Assembly (NCBI GenBank): GCA_039794085.1
Contig: JBDIWC010000008.1
Span: forward strand, 32,001 to 96,000
Length of the DNA stretch: 64,000 bases
Direction: 5' to 3'
Origin: Gemmatimonadales bacterium
GTDB taxonomy: Bacteria > Gemmatimonadota > Gemmatimonadetes > Gemmatimonadales > GWC2-71-9
The notes under the pieces: model-generated
Databases searched by the model: none
Told to the model about the DNA's origin: nothing
The model's input: the letters and a program-made list of their open reading frames with translations, nothing else
Made by a program: the position numbers and the translations under genes
In this document: one piece after another, positions 36,276 to 50,498 of the stretch
Position numbering within the stretch: position 1 is the stretch's first letter
Layout of the letters: each line of letters opens with the position of its first letter

Positions 36276-36737
36276 CTACGCGTGCCCTTCCAGCACCCTG
36301 CGGAGGACCAGAGCATCCTCTGTCGGATGATCATAGTAGGCACGTCGCATGCCAACCCTTTCGAACCCGTTGCGTTGGTACAACACAACGGCGGTTCGGT
36401 TCGACTCCCGCACCTCGAGATAGATCTCCCGCGACCCGGCCGCCTCCAGCCGTGACACCCCCTCCTCCAGGAGGGCCTGTCCCACACCCGCGCCACGGGA
36501 GGCGGGATCGACGGCAAGGTTCAAGATCTCGCTCGTGCCGGAGATGTCGCGGGCCAGGAGGTAACCCAGGATCCCCTCCCTCCCGACGGCCCCGAGGGCC
36601 ACGAGATGCCCCCCTTCGGCGAGGAGTTCCACGAAGCTTCTCTCGCTCCAGGGATCGGAGAAACTCCGACGTTCGATGACCGCCACCTCCGGCAGGTCAC
36701 GTCGCGACAGATCACGGATGCGGAAAGGGTCGCCCAT
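36276..36737 (-). CDS. rimI: Ribosomal protein alanine N-acetyltransferase
   Basis: GNAT; LEVRESN...LY...GF...RRAYY; next to tsaB. Confidence 0.9.
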   Translation of the reverse strand: MGDPFRIRDLSRRDLPEVAVIERRSFSDPWSERSFVELLAEGGHLVALGAVGREGILGYLLARDISGTSEILNLAVDPASRGAGVGQALLEEGVSRLEAAGSREIYLEVRESNRTAVVLYQRNGFERVGMRRAYYDHPTEDALVLRRVLEGHA

Positions 36738-37446
36738 GGCTCTCCTCCCATCGAACCTGGGCCTCGGCCGGGCGACCGTACTGGGGCTCCCAGACGGACG
36801 GATCATGGACGGTCAGCAAGGCCCCCGGAACGCGGTCGAGCTCGAGCAGGTCCGCGGCATTCCCCTCACCCTCCACGACACTTTCGACCGCCGGCCATCC
36901 CTCTCCACATCCTCCCACACCAGTTCCCCCGATGCTGTTCGCAAAGGCGCCCGCTCCGGTCAGTCCATCGCACCCCGACTCGCGGAGCAGAACGGCCGCG
37001 GTCGTCACGGTCGGAGAGGCGAGCACCGCGAACTCGTCACCCGGCCCGAACCGGTAATCGCCGGCGTAGAGTTCCCCTCGCAGCGCGGATCGAACAGCCC
37101 GTACCCGAAAAGACCCCGTCCGCTCCCGCGATCGTGCGAGGTGCCAGGCATCCAGCAGAAGGAGGGAGGCCACTCGCAGCGGATGGTTGGTCCCGGCCAG
37201 GAGCGCCTTGGCCACACTGGCACCCACCCGCAATCCCGTGAAGCTCCCCGGACCATCCGCCACCCGCACCTCGCCAATCATGGCACGATCGGCCCCGATC
37301 GCCTCGAGGGTCTGATCCAGGAGGGACAGGATTCCCTTGCCATGGATCCGCGCCCCGTCGGCGGTCCGGACCTCGGAGGCCCCGCCCGGCTGGCGTGCCG
37401 CCACGGAGAGCCGGTCTGTTGCCGTATGAAGCGCCACCGTGATCAT
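36712..37446 (-). CDS. tsaB: tRNA threonylcarbamoyladenosine biosynthesis protein TsaB
   Basis: GPGSFTGLRVG. Confidence 0.92.
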   Translation of the reverse strand: MITVALHTATDRLSVAARQPGGASEVRTADGARIHGKGILSLLDQTLEAIGADRAMIGEVRVADGPGSFTGLRVGASVAKALLAGTNHPLRVASLLLLDAWHLARSRERTGSFRVRAVRSALRGELYAGDYRFGPGDEFAVLASPTVTTAAVLLRESGCDGLTGAGAFANSIGGTGVGGCGEGWPAVESVVEGEGNAADLLELDRVPGALLTVHDPSVWEPQYGRPAEAQVRWEESHGRPFPHP

Positions 37447-37880
37447 GTCACCTCCACCGCTCTTCGGTCGGGATCGTCGACGTGCGACAGCCGGATCGTG
37501 TGCGTGGGACCGGGAACCCACCCCACTCCCCGTTCCGGCCACTCCACCAGAACGGCCCGGGCGTGTGCCATCGTCTCCCACTCCAGTTCGGATGCCTCCT
37601 CGGGATCGCGCAGGCGATAGCAATCGAGGTGGTAGACGGGTGCGCCTCCACCCGAACCGGGATAGCGGTGCACCAGGGTGTACGTGGGCGAGGACCCCCA
37701 GCCGGTCCCCTCCCCCATCGGCGATTCCACTCCGAGGCCTTCGAGAAGGGCGCGGGCGAGGGTCGTTTTCCCCGCGCCGAGATCTCCGACCAGCCACACA
37801 ACACTGCCGGCGGGGAGATCGCGACCGGTGTCCCTCCCCCAGCGCCGCAGTTCCTCTTCGGTCAGGTGCGGCTCGGTCAT
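37443..37880 (-). CDS. tsaE: tRNA threonylcarbamoyladenosine biosynthesis ATPase TsaE
   Basis: [29 protein letters not shown]. Confidence 0.94.
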   Translation of the reverse strand: MTEPHLTEEELRRWGRDTGRDLPAGSVVWLVGDLGAGKTTLARALLEGLGVESPMGEGTGWGSSPTYTLVHRYPGSGGGAPVYHLDCYRLRDPEEASELEWETMAHARAVLVEWPERGVGWVPGPTHTIRLSHVDDPDRRAVEVT

Positions 37881-39949
37881 CGCCGGTGGCGCCCCCCCCC
37901 TCCGCCGCCCATGCTCCGGGCGGGACGTTGGGTCGCCCACGGCCGCGGTCGGTCCGGGGCATCGAGGGCCCGGAGATCATTCAGCTGATCGCGCAGGAGG
38001 GCCGCGACCTCGAACTCCAGATTGAGGGCGGCCTCCTTCATTTCCTGTTCGAGGGCGGCCATCGCGGCGGCCCGCTGGGCTGGATCGCGGAGGTTGGGAG
38101 CGGGCGTGCTCCGGGCCGCCGCCCGGCCGAGCCGGGCATCCGCCACGGGGGTCGAGCGCCGGACCTGATCGAGGGACTTCACGATCGAGGTCGGCGTGAT
38201 CCCGTGCTGCCGGTTCCATTCCTCCTGTCGCGCCCGGCGCCGATCCATTTCGGCCATTGCGCGCTCCATCGACCCCGTGATCCTGTCGGCATACAGGATG
38301 GCACGACCATGGATATGACGGGCCGCCCGGCCGACCGTTTGGATCAGGGATCGTTCCGATCGGAGGAACCCCTCGGTGTCCGCGTCGAGAATCGCCACGA
38401 GGGACACCTCCGGGAGGTCGAGTCCCTCCCGGAGGAGGTTGATACCCACGAGCACGTCGAAGTCGCCGAGCCGGAGGGAGCGGAGGATCTCCACGCGCTC
38501 GATGGCGTCGATGTCGGAATGGAGATACCGAACCCGCACGCCGGCTTGCTGGAGAAAATCGGTCAGATCCTCGGACATCCGCTTGGTCAGGGTCGTCACG
38601 AGGACCCGCTCCTGCTGAACGACACGCGCGCGAATCTCGCCGAGGAGATCGTCCACCTGGCCGCGCACCGGGCGCACCTCCACGGGGGGATCCACCAGCC
38701 CGGTCGGCCGGATGATCTGCTCCACGACCTCGCCACCGGAGAGCCGGAGCTCGAGATCTCCGGGCGTGGCCGAGACATTGATCACCTGAGGGACGAGGGC
38801 GAGAAATTCGTCGAAGGTCTGGGGTCGGTTGTCGAGTGCCGAGGGCAGGCGGAACCCGTACTCGACCAGGGTCAGTTTCCGTGCCCGGTCCCCATTGTAC
38901 ATCCCGCCAATCTGTGGGAGAGTGACGTGAGATTCGTCCACCACCACCACGTACTCCGGGGGCATGTAGTCCAGGAGACAGGCCGGTCGCTCCCCCTCGG
39001 CCCGGCCGGTCAGATGCCGAGAGTAGTTTTCCACTCCCGGGCAGGTGCCGATCTCCAGCAACATCTCCAGATCGAAGGTCGTGCGCGCCTCCAGGCGTTG
39101 CGCCTCGAGCAGCTTCCCCGCCCCGCGGAGCTCGGTCAGGCGCTCCCGCAGCTCCGCCCGGATCAACCCCACGGCCCGCTCCACGGCGGGTCGTTCGGTC
39201 ACGAAGTGCGTGGCCGGAAGGATCCCGCACCGATCCAGCTGGGCGATCGTGGTGCCCGTGAGGGGGTCGATCTTGCTGATCCGTTCCACCGAGTCGCCCC
39301 ACAGCTCGATGCGGACGGCCTGGTCCTCGTAGGCGGGAAAGATCTCCACCGTGTCGCCGCGCACGCGAAAGGTTCCCCGCTCCAGGCTCATGTCGTTCCG
39401 GTGGTACTGGATCGCGATCAGGTCCCCCAGGATCGCATCGCGCCCGCGTTCCTCCCCGACCGTCACGACGGTCATGAGGCTGCGGTAGGAGATCGGATCC
39501 CCGAGCCCGTAGATGGCGCTCACCGTGGCCACGATCACCACATCCTCCCGCTCCATGAGACTCGACGTGGCGCGTAGCCGCAGCCGCTGGATGTCCTCGT
39601 TGATGGAGGCATCCTTCTCGATGTAGAGGTCGGTGGAGGGAACGTAGGCCTCGGGTTGGTAATAGTCGTAGTAGGAGACGAAATACTCGACCGCGTTGCC
39701 GGGGAGAAACTGTTTGAGTTCCCCGTAGAGCTGCGCGGCGAGCGTCTTGTTGTGGGAGAGGACCAGGGTGGGTCGGCCATACCGGGCGATGGTGTGGGCG
39801 AGGGTCATCGTCTTGCCGGATCCGGTGACCCCCAGCAAGGTCTGATACCGGTCACCCCGAGCCAGTCCCCGGGAGAGGGCTTCGATGGCCGCGGGCTGGT
39901 CGCCGGCGGGTTGGAAGGGGGCCTCGATCCGGAACGCCTGGGTTGCCAT
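37877..39949 (-). CDS. uvrB: Excinuclease ABC subunit B
   Basis: [31 protein letters not shown]-terminal UVR domain. Confidence 0.98.
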   Translation of the reverse strand: MATQAFRIEAPFQPAGDQPAAIEALSRGLARGDRYQTLLGVTGSGKTMTLAHTIARYGRPTLVLSHNKTLAAQLYGELKQFLPGNAVEYFVSYYDYYQPEAYVPSTDLYIEKDASINEDIQRLRLRATSSLMEREDVVIVATVSAIYGLGDPISYRSLMTVVTVGEERGRDAILGDLIAIQYHRNDMSLERGTFRVRGDTVEIFPAYEDQAVRIELWGDSVERISKIDPLTGTTIAQLDRCGILPATHFVTERPAVERAVGLIRAELRERLTELRGAGKLLEAQRLEARTTFDLEMLLEIGTCPGVENYSRHLTGRAEGERPACLLDYMPPEYVVVVDESHVTLPQIGGMYNGDRARKLTLVEYGFRLPSALDNRPQTFDEFLALVPQVINVSATPGDLELRLSGGEVVEQIIRPTGLVDPPVEVRPVRGQVDDLLGEIRARVVQQERVLVTTLTKRMSEDLTDFLQQAGVRVRYLHSDIDAIERVEILRSLRLGDFDVLVGINLLREGLDLPEVSLVAILDADTEGFLRSERSLIQTVGRAARHIHGRAILYADRITGSMERAMAEMDRRRARQEEWNRQHGITPTSIVKSLDQVRRSTPVADARLGRAAARSTPAPNLRDPAQRAAAMAALEQEMKEAALNLEFEVAALLRDQLNDLRALDAPDRPRPWATQRPARSMGGGGGGRHRR

Positions 39950-40003
39950 GGCGGAGAATATAACGGGGAGATCTCGGTATTTCTTCGGGACACGGAGGAC
40001 GGG

Positions 40004-40417
40004 TCAGCCGGCCCCCGCAAGCTCCAGCAGGGCCCTCCACTGGTCGCGGGACACGGGGACCACCGAGAGCCGGCCCTGTCGGACGAGACCGAGGTTGGCA
40101 CACCGCGGATCCGCCTTGACGTCCGCGAGGGAAACCGGGCGGGGCAACGGTGCCCCCGCCGCGATGTCCACGACCGTCGCCTTCGGATCCTCCCCGGCCG
40201 GGTCGGTATACGGGGGAGAGGAGACCCGTGCCAGCCCCACGATCCGGCGCTCCGATCCGGTGTGATAGATCATCAGCTCATCGCCGGGTTGCATGGATCG
40301 CAGGTGGGTGCGCGCCACCGGGTTGGCGATGCCATCCCACCGGGTCATGCCCTCACGGGCCAGATCGGCGAACGAGAAGGTGCCCGGCTCCGTCTTCAGA
40401 ATCCAATACTGGGTCAT
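40004..40417 (-). CDS. EVE domain protein
   Basis: YWILKTEP, WDGIAN, IYHTG, RLSVVPV. Confidence 0.9.
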   Translation of the reverse strand: MTQYWILKTEPGTFSFADLAREGMTRWDGIANPVARTHLRSMQPGDELMIYHTGSERRIVGLARVSSPPYTDPAGEDPKATVVDIAAGAPLPRPVSLADVKADPRCANLGLVRQGRLSVVPVSRDQWRALLELAGAG

Positions 40418-40438
40418 GGCATCCTCGCGGTGGTCGGG

Positions 40439-42604
40439 TCAGACCCCGATCGGGGCTTCGCGGCGCTCCACTTCGTGCACGCCCTTCACCTTCCGCACGG
40501 CCTTGAGCACCTTGGCAAGGTGGGGGAGGTTCTCCACCTCCACGAAGATGGTTCCGAAGGCCGACCCATCCTTGGTGTGGAGATCGGCGCCGCGGATGTT
40601 GGTGCCGGTGGTGCTGATCGCCTGCAGGATGTCGGCGTAGAGACCGCGCCGGTCCACGGCGTTGAGGAGGAGGCGCACGGCGAACGACTCGCCCTCGACC
40701 TCGCGCCAGTCGATCTCGACCCGGCGATCGGGGTCATCCAGCGCCAGGAGGTTGGGGCAGTCGGCGCGATGGATCGAGATGCCCCGGCCCTGCGTCACAT
40801 AGCCGACGACGGGGTCGCCGGGGACCGGCTGGCAGCACTGGGCGTATCGCACCATCAGTCCGCTCACCCCCTCGATCCGAATCCCCCGGCCGAGCCGGAA
40901 CCGATCGAGCATCCGTCCGAACACGGTGGGTTTCGGCTCCGCCACCTGCTCCGGTGTGAGGTCGGGATAGAGGGCGCGCATGACCTGTCCCAGCGCCAGG
41001 TCACCGCGGCCCACGGCGATCTCCAGCGCCTGGGCGTCCTCGAGGTTCAGGGCGGGTGCCGCCTGGTCCAGGGCCCCCTGACCCGGTGGCGCCAGCCGGC
41101 GGCGCCGGACCTCCCGGGCCAGAATCTCCTTCCCGAGCTGGAGGCTCTGCGATTCCTCGGCCATGCGCACCCACTGCTTGATCTTGTGCCGCGCCCGGGC
41201 GGTGGTGACGTGAGCCAGCCAATCCCGGCTCGGGCGCGGAGTCGTTCCGGTGAGGATCTCCACCGTGTCCCCATTACGCAACTCGCGGTGCAGCGGGGCG
41301 ATCCGCCCGTTCACCTTGGCCCCCTGGCATCGCAGACCCACCTCGGTGTGAACATGGAAGGCGAAGTCGATGGCCGTGGCACCCTTCGGGAGCCGCTTGA
41401 CATCCCCCTGCGGGGTGAACACGAAGATCTCGTCCTGGTACAGATCCACCTTGAGGAACTCGAGGAACTCCTCCGGGGTATGGGTGTCCTGCTGCAGCTC
41501 GAGGAGCTGGCGGAACCATCCCAGATGCCGGTCCAGCTCGTCATCCTCGGCATCGGCCTTGTAGAGCCAGTGGGCCGCAATGCCGTATTCCGCGGTCCGG
41601 TGCATTTCCCGAGTCCGGATCTGCACCTCGAACAGGTGGCCGCTCGGCCCGAAGATGGTCGTGTGCAGGGACTGATATCCGTTCGACTTGGGACTGGCGA
41701 TGTAGTCCTTGATCCGCTCCTGCAGCGGAGTCCACCGGTGATGGATCAGTCCCAGCACCTGGTAGCATTCGGCCACCGTGGGCACGATCACCCGCACGGC
41801 CATCATGTCGTAGATCTCTTCGAAGGGCGTGTTCCGCTTCCGCATCTTCTGATAGATCGACCAGAGATGTTTGGGGCGACCGGTCACCTCCGCGGAAATC
41901 CCCTCCCGCTCGAGTTCCGCCTGCAGCGGTGTCTGGAGGGTCCGGACCAGTTCCTCCCGTTCGGCACGCCGGGCCGCCACCTGGCGGGCCAGCTGGACGT
42001 AGTCCTCCGGTTCCAGGAACTTGAAGGCCAGATCCTCCAGATCCGCCTTGATCCCCGCCATTCCGAACCGGTGAGCGAGGGGGGCGTAGATCTCCCGCGT
42101 TTCCAGGGCGATCCGTTCCCGGCGTTCGGGCGTCAGGTGCTGCAGGGTCCGCATGTTGTGGAGCCGGTCGGCCAGCTTGATGATGATGACCCGCGCATCC
42201 TTCGCGATCGACAGCAGAAGCTTCCGGTAGTTCTCCACCTGGCGCTCGGCGGTGGATCGGAAGGTGAGGTGTGAGATCTTGGTGAGGCCATCCACCAGGC
42301 CCGCCACCTCGGCCCCGAACTCCTGGGCCAGGTCCTCCGCCCCGACGTCGGAATCCTCCACCACGTCGTGCAGGAGCGCCGCCGCGATGGACGTGGCATC
42401 GGGCAACTGTTCCACCAGGATACTGGCCACCGCGATCGAGTGGGAGATGAAATCCTCCCCGCTCATCCGTTTCTGGCCCCGGTGGGCACTCGCGCTGAAG
42501 GCCAGAGCCCGGTCGATCAGGTCCAGATCCACCCGCACATTATGCCGGGCCAGGAGCTCCCGGAATTCGATCGCCTGGGGGTGATCCAGTATCGCGTCGG
42601 TCAC
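40439..42604 (-). CDS. rel: Bifunctional (p)ppGpp synthetase/hydrolase
   Basis: LHDVVED, KDYIASPKSNGYQSLHT, TGS and ACT domains. Confidence 0.96.
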   Translation of the reverse strand: MTDAILDHPQAIEFRELLARHNVRVDLDLIDRALAFSASAHRGQKRMSGEDFISHSIAVASILVEQLPDATSIAAALLHDVVEDSDVGAEDLAQEFGAEVAGLVDGLTKISHLTFRSTAERQVENYRKLLLSIAKDARVIIIKLADRLHNMRTLQHLTPERRERIALETREIYAPLAHRFGMAGIKADLEDLAFKFLEPEDYVQLARQVAARRAEREELVRTLQTPLQAELEREGISAEVTGRPKHLWSIYQKMRKRNTPFEEIYDMMAVRVIVPTVAECYQVLGLIHHRWTPLQERIKDYIASPKSNGYQSLHTTIFGPSGHLFEVQIRTREMHRTAEYGIAAHWLYKADAEDDELDRHLGWFRQLLELQQDTHTPEEFLEFLKVDLYQDEIFVFTPQGDVKRLPKGATAIDFAFHVHTEVGLRCQGAKVNGRIAPLHRELRNGDTVEILTGTTPRPSRDWLAHVTTARARHKIKQWVRMAEESQSLQLGKEILAREVRRRRLAPPGQGALDQAAPALNLEDAQALEIAVGRGDLALGQVMRALYPDLTPEQVAEPKPTVFGRMLDRFRLGRGIRIEGVSGLMVRYAQCCQPVPGDPVVGYVTQGRGISIHRADCPNLLALDDPDRRVEIDWREVEGESFAVRLLLNAVDRRGLYADILQAISTTGTNIRGADLHTKDGSAFGTIFVEVENLPHLAKVLKAVRKVKGVHEVERREAPIGV

Positions 42605-43299
42605 AGCAACCCCGCCGCGGCAAAGCTGGTGTAGCAGTCCCCCGCCACGATGATGTGGTCCTGCACCGGAACGTCGAGGAGTTGTCCCGCGGCCACCAGC
42701 TGGCGGGTCACGATCTGGTCCTCCGCCGAGGGAGTGGGATCCCCGCTCGGATGATTGTGGACCAGAATGACCCCGGCGGCGGCTTCGGCGAGCACCGGCC
42801 GAAACACCTCGCGAGGGTGCACCAGGGAACTGTTCAGCAAACCACGTGTCACCAGGATCTCCCGCAGTATCTGACTCTGGCTGTCAAGTGCCAGCACGCG
42901 AAACTCCTCCACCGTGAGGTCACGGAGTTGCGGCCCCACCCACCGGACCACATCCGCCGGGCTCCGCACCCGCCGCACCGGGGGCAGGACCTCCTCGGTC
43001 ATCCGCCGACCGATTTCCAGGGCGGCCAGCAACCGCGCCGCCTTGGCGGGCCCGACCCCGGGTGACCGCAACAACTCGGCCGGAGGACGGGCGCCCAGTC
43101 GCCGGAGGGACCCTCCGGTGGAGGCGAGCAGGCGGGCGGACACCTGGAGGGCGTCCCGGCCCACGCCGCCGGTTCCTACAAGGATTGCCAGAAGTTCCGT
43201 TGCCGTCAATGCAGCCGGCCCGAGACGCCAGAGGCGTTCCCGGGGCCGGTCGGCCGGCCGGTCGGCCAGACTGTCAGGAGTGTCCGCGTGGAGGCCCAT
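42601..43299 (-). CDS. radC: RadC/JAB family protein
   Basis: RPRERL, VHPREVF, HNHPSGDPTPSAED. Confidence 0.94.
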   Translation of the reverse strand: MGLHADTPDSLADRPADRPRERLWRLGPAALTATELLAILVGTGGVGRDALQVSARLLASTGGSLRRLGARPPAELLRSPGVGPAKAARLLAALEIGRRMTEEVLPPVRRVRSPADVVRWVGPQLRDLTVEEFRVLALDSQSQILREILVTRGLLNSSLVHPREVFRPVLAEAAAGVILVHNHPSGDPTPSAEDQIVTRQLVAAGQLLDVPVQDHIIVAGDCYTSFAAAGLL

Positions 43300-43371
43300 C
43301 CCCAACTCTATCCGAGTCAGGGTGGAGACGCGGATCCTTTCACCGCAGGACGGATGATCCCGACGAGGGAC

Positions 43372-46520
<3,149 letters not shown>

Positions 46521-46524
<4 letters not shown>

Positions 46525-47093
46525 GCCTCATCTTCCCGATAGAGCCGATGGGTGGCGATGTACTCCGCCACGGCATCGGGAACCCAGTACCGTATCGACC
46601 GTCCGGCGCGCACCCGGGCCCGGATCGCCGTCGAGGAAATGTCAATGGCGGGGACCTCGACAGGGTCGAAGCTCCCCGGAACGGTCCTCCCGTTCCGAGC
46701 GAACACCACCACCCGGGACACCCGAGACCGGATCACCTCCGGCTCCCTCCAGGTCTCGAAGTCCGCGGCGGCATCGGCCCCGAGCAGAAGTACCCACTCG
46801 GTTCCGGGCTCCGCCTGCGTGAGCAGAGCGAGGGTGTCCACCGTGTAGGAGGGACCGGGGCGGTCCAACTCCGTCCGATCGATCCGCAACTGGGGGTGCC
46901 CTCGCACCGCCGACTCCAACATGGCCGCGCGATGTTCTCCCGAGGCGGCGTGCCGTCCCTCCTTCAGGGGCTGGTGCCGCGCCACCAGGAGCCGGACATG
47001 ATCGAGCCCGATCCGGTCCGCCAGCGTTTGCGCCACGATCAGGTGGCCGTGGTGGATCGGGTCGAACGATCCCCCGAAGATCCCGGTCGCCAC
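46521..47093 (-). CDS. nadD: Nicotinate-nucleotide adenylyltransferase
   Basis: [25 protein letters not shown]. Confidence 0.95.
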
Positions 47094-47094
47094 G

Positions 47095-47892
47095 TCAGGG
47101 GGTGACCAACCGGGGGGGAACCGAACAGGCCCCTCCCACCCCGGGTGCTCCGGCGTGCTGGCGGAGAAGATAGTCGCAGGTTTCGCGCAGATCCTCCTCA
47201 TACCCGAGTCTGTCGTAGGTCTCGACCATCTTGATCAGCGCCTGCGGAGCGATGGACGTCCGGGGATACTCGGACACCAGGTTGCGCAGCGCCAGGAGGG
47301 CACTGTCCCACGCCTTGAACCGGAGATAGAACAGGGCCGTCTTGAACTCCTTGAAGGCGAACTTTTCGTTGAGATCGGCGATCCGCATCGAGGCGATCCG
47401 CGCCGCGTCCGTCCCCGGGTATCGCTCCGTGACCTCGCGGTAGATACTCATCGCCGTCGCCCCGTAGGTGGGATCGAGTTCCGGCCGACGCCAGAGCCCG
47501 GCATAGGCATCCCCGGCTCGCAACAACGCCTGGGGAGCGAGGGTGTGACCGGGAGTTTCGTCGGCCAGGCGGCGGAACGCCCTGACGGCCAGGAGGTTCT
47601 CGCGCCGGGCAAGCTGGATTTCGGCAAGGAAGAAGCTGGCCTCCACCAAGCGGGGATCGGTGGAGGGCAACTGGATCTGTGCCACCTGGAACGCGGTCGC
47701 CGCCTTCGCCCATTTTCCGGTCCGATAGAGCTGCACGGCACGGAGCCAGGACGAATCGGCCTGGGACGCGGTCACGTCGCTCGAAGCCAGGACCGGGTCC
47801 AGAACGCCCGGTCTCCCTCCTCCTCCAAAGCAGGACGCCCCACTGAGCAGGAGGGCGAGAGACAGGACAACGACCTCGGAACGACGGGTCAC
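47095..47892 (-). CDS. bamD: Outer membrane assembly lipoprotein BamD-like
   Basis: Lipoprotein-like signal ending in Cys, TPRs, RPELDPTY...ERYP pattern. Confidence 0.8.
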   Translation of the reverse strand: MTRRSEVVVLSLALLLSGASCFGGGGRPGVLDPVLASSDVTASQADSSWLRAVQLYRTGKWAKAATAFQVAQIQLPSTDPRLVEASFFLAEIQLARRENLLAVRAFRRLADETPGHTLAPQALLRAGDAYAGLWRRPELDPTYGATAMSIYREVTERYPGTDAARIASMRIADLNEKFAFKEFKTALFYLRFKAWDSALLALRNLVSEYPRTSIAPQALIKMVETYDRLGYEEDLRETCDYLLRQHAGAPGVGGACSVPPRLVTP

Positions 47893-48836
47893 GTCCCGCT
47901 CTTCCCGCCGGGTCGCGACGTCCCCGTGTCGGGACGGAGGGCGGCCATCCTCTCCCATGCCATTGTCGTCACGCTGTCCAATCCATCCTCCCCGATGCTG
48001 CCGTGATCCAGGACCCATTGCCAGGCCAGAAGCGCCCCCAGGACGTCACCCTGCCTCAACCGCGCGTCCCCCACTCCCACCCGGGCCCGCCGACCGGGAG
48101 CCCCGAGCGAGTCGGTCCGGAGGACCGTACGGAACCAGGTTTCCGCCACCTGAGGCTGGTCCGCGTCGAGGGCATCCATTCCGAGCCGTAGTCCGCAGGA
48201 CGTCAGACCGTCTCGGGCGGCTGCGCGCGCCTCCACGCTCCGGGTCCTCCGCAGCGCCACCGCATAGCTCTGGGTCGCGGCGTCGCACGCGGTGGTTTCC
48301 CGGAGCGCGTTTCCCCACGCCAGGAGGAGGGAGTCGACCAGCCGAGGATTCCCCGCCGCGCCGAGTGCCGCCGGGATCAAGACAACCGATTCACTCACCC
48401 CGAGTGTCCCTCCCCGTACCACGGTCAGCGAGGCGATTCCGACCGGTCGCTCCGGTGCGAGGCGCCGCAGCACGAGGATCGCCTCCCGTGCGGAGGTGAG
48501 GTCGGCCGGACGCTCGCGCAGGGCAGCCCGCACGATGCGCTCAATCCCGATGACGGCCTCCCCGGTGCGCTCGGGATCGGCGCTTGCCAGCTCCTGGAAC
48601 GCCACGGTGGCCATCCGGTACTGGTCGGCCGCGAGAGCCGCCGCCCCGGCCTTGGCCCAGACCGTGGCGACCGGCCGCGACTGGGCGGCCATCTGATACT
48701 CCGCGCTGGCAGCCCCAAACCGGCCCTCCAGATAGGCGGCGTCCCCCAGCCGCTCATGATCGGCGGTCGTCCCTTCGCACCCGGTCACCCCCCATGCACA
48801 GACCGACACCAGCACCAGCCCAGCTCGTGTCCTCAT
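47889..48836 (-). CDS. TPR-like lipoprotein
   Basis: VTGC lipobox; helical repeats; start and stop overlap both neighbours. Confidence 0.7.
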   Translation of the reverse strand: MRTRAGLVLVSVCAWGVTGCEGTTADHERLGDAAYLEGRFGAASAEYQMAAQSRPVATVWAKAGAAALAADQYRMATVAFQELASADPERTGEAVIGIERIVRAALRERPADLTSAREAILVLRRLAPERPVGIASLTVVRGGTLGVSESVVLIPAALGAAGNPRLVDSLLLAWGNALRETTACDAATQSYAVALRRTRSVEARAAARDGLTSCGLRLGMDALDADQPQVAETWFRTVLRTDSLGAPGRRARVGVGDARLRQGDVLGALLAWQWVLDHGSIGEDGLDSVTTMAWERMAALRPDTGTSRPGGKSGT

Positions 48837-49546
48837 CACCCCTCGATCCGGCCAGCCATGGCGAGGTAGGCGGACACGCGGGCATGGCCGGGGCGTTTGG
48901 AGAGGCACTCCTTCCAGATGTCCCGCGCACCGCCAGGATCGCCTGAAAGGTAACGGGCCAGCCCGAGAGACGCCTGGGCATCGAGAAAATCGGGGTTGGC
49001 GTCGACAATGCGCTCCAGCTCATCCCGGGCCGCGAGCGCCTGGCCCGCCTCGAGGAGGAGCCGGGCCAGCCGGTAGCGAAGGTCATGGAATCCCGGGCCC
49101 AGCTCCACGGCCCGGCGCAGCTGCTCCACCGCCTGGCGGAGCGCTCCCGCGCTGGCATACGCCTGGCCCAGGGCGGCGTGCTGGTTGGCAAGGGCCGAGG
49201 CCACCGGAGCGCTGAATCCTTCCACGCGATCGGGGGGGTGATGGGACGCGGCGGTGCGGAAGGCCTCTTCGGCCTCGTCCGACCGGCCCATTTCGTTCAG
49301 GACGATCCCCCGGTGGACGTGGGCCTCCAGATACCGGGGGTTGATGGCCAGGGCGGCATCGAAGGCTTCCACCGCCCGGTCATGATGACCCAGCATCGAC
49401 CGCGAGAGGCCCAGGAGGTGGTACACGTCGGCGAAGGCCTGCCCCTCGCCGAGAAGTTCCTCCAGAAAGTGAGCCGCCCCATAATAGTCCTGCACCGCAA
49501 ATCGCTCACGGGCCTGGGACAGACGATGTTCAACACTGATGTCCAT
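48836..49546 (-). CDS. TPR protein
   Basis: FADVYHLLG...ALAINPRYLEA and PGFHDLRYRLA repeats. Confidence 0.85.
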   Translation of the reverse strand: MDISVEHRLSQARERFAVQDYYGAAHFLEELLGEGQAFADVYHLLGLSRSMLGHHDRAVEAFDAALAINPRYLEAHVHRGIVLNEMGRSDEAEEAFRTAASHHPPDRVEGFSAPVASALANQHAALGQAYASAGALRQAVEQLRRAVELGPGFHDLRYRLARLLLEAGQALAARDELERIVDANPDFLDAQASLGLARYLSGDPGGARDIWKECLSKRPGHARVSAYLAMAGRIEG

Positions 49547-50498
49547 AGGTCTCCTGAAACCACGCAGCGAAACGCGCCACCCCGTCCTCCAGCGGGACTC
49601 GGGGCCGAAAGCCCAGTTCGGCGGCGGCACGGGACAGATCGGCGGCCGTGCGTTCCACATCCCCAGCCGGAAGGGGCGACCAGATCACGACCGGGGTCAC
49701 GCCAAGGACCCGGGCCAGCGTCGTGAGGAGCGTCAGGACGGGCACCGGGTTGCTCCCCCCCAAATTGTAATATCGCACCCCAGGTGATGCCGTGGCGGTC
49801 CATTCCATCGCCGACAGGACCCCCGCAACGATGTCACTGATGTAAGTATAGTCGCGGGCCTGACTTCCGTCGCCGAACAACGTGACGGGCTCCCTGGCGG
49901 CCAGGCGCCGAGCAAAGGTCTGCAGGGCCAGATCAGGCCTCTGGCGTGGTCCGATCACGGTAAAGAAACGCAGTGCGGCCACGCGAACCCCGACATGCGG
50001 GGCCAGTGACTCCAGCATCAACTCGGCACTCCGTTTGGAGGCGGCGTAGGGGGAGATCGGGTGTGCCGCCGCGGCATCCTCCCGGAACGGACTCGGGGTC
50101 GCGTTGCCATACACGGAGGAACTCGAGGCAAAGACGAGCCGGGTGGCCGCGCGGCGGCGCATCGCTTCCACCACAGACAGGGTGCCCGTCACATTCGTCC
50201 GAGCGTACCCCATGGGATCGCGGAGAGAAGGTCGTACTCCGGGACGGGCCGCGAGGTGGATCACTGTGGTGTCCCCTTCGATGAGCTCCGTCAGGAGATC
50301 GGTGTCGAGGATGTCGCCCTCAACCATCCGGTACCGGGGGTGCGACAGAAAGGCGGACAGGTTCCGCAGCTTGATGGCCCGGTCATAGAAGGGGTCAAAA
50401 TTGTCGAGCCCGATGACGTCGTGCCCCTGCTCCAACGCGGTTTCCGCCAGATGGGAGCCCAGGAACCCGGCCGCTCCGGTCACCAGGAGCCGCGTCAC
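49530..50498 (-). CDS. NAD-dependent epimerase, UDP-glucuronate 4-epimerase-like
   Basis: [39 protein letters not shown]. Confidence 0.88.
   Translation of the reverse strand: MTRLLVTGAAGFLGSHLAETALEQGHDVIGLDNFDPFYDRAIKLRNLSAFLSHPRYRMVEGDILDTDLLTELIEGDTTVIHLAARPGVRPSLRDPMGYARTNVTGTLSVVEAMRRRAATRLVFASSSSVYGNATPSPFREDAAAAHPISPYAASKRSAELMLESLAPHVGVRVAALRFFTVIGPRQRPDLALQTFARRLAAREPVTLFGDGSQARDYTYISDIVAGVLSAMEWTATASPGVRYYNLGGSNPVPVLTLLTTLARVLGVTPVVIWSPLPAGDVERTAADLSRAAAELGFRPRVPLEDGVARFAAWFQETYGHQC

Noticed and set aside
42601..43299. radC as a marker of a mobile element
   Set aside because: It is the full-length chromosomal form between secA and rel, with no mobility genes nearby.
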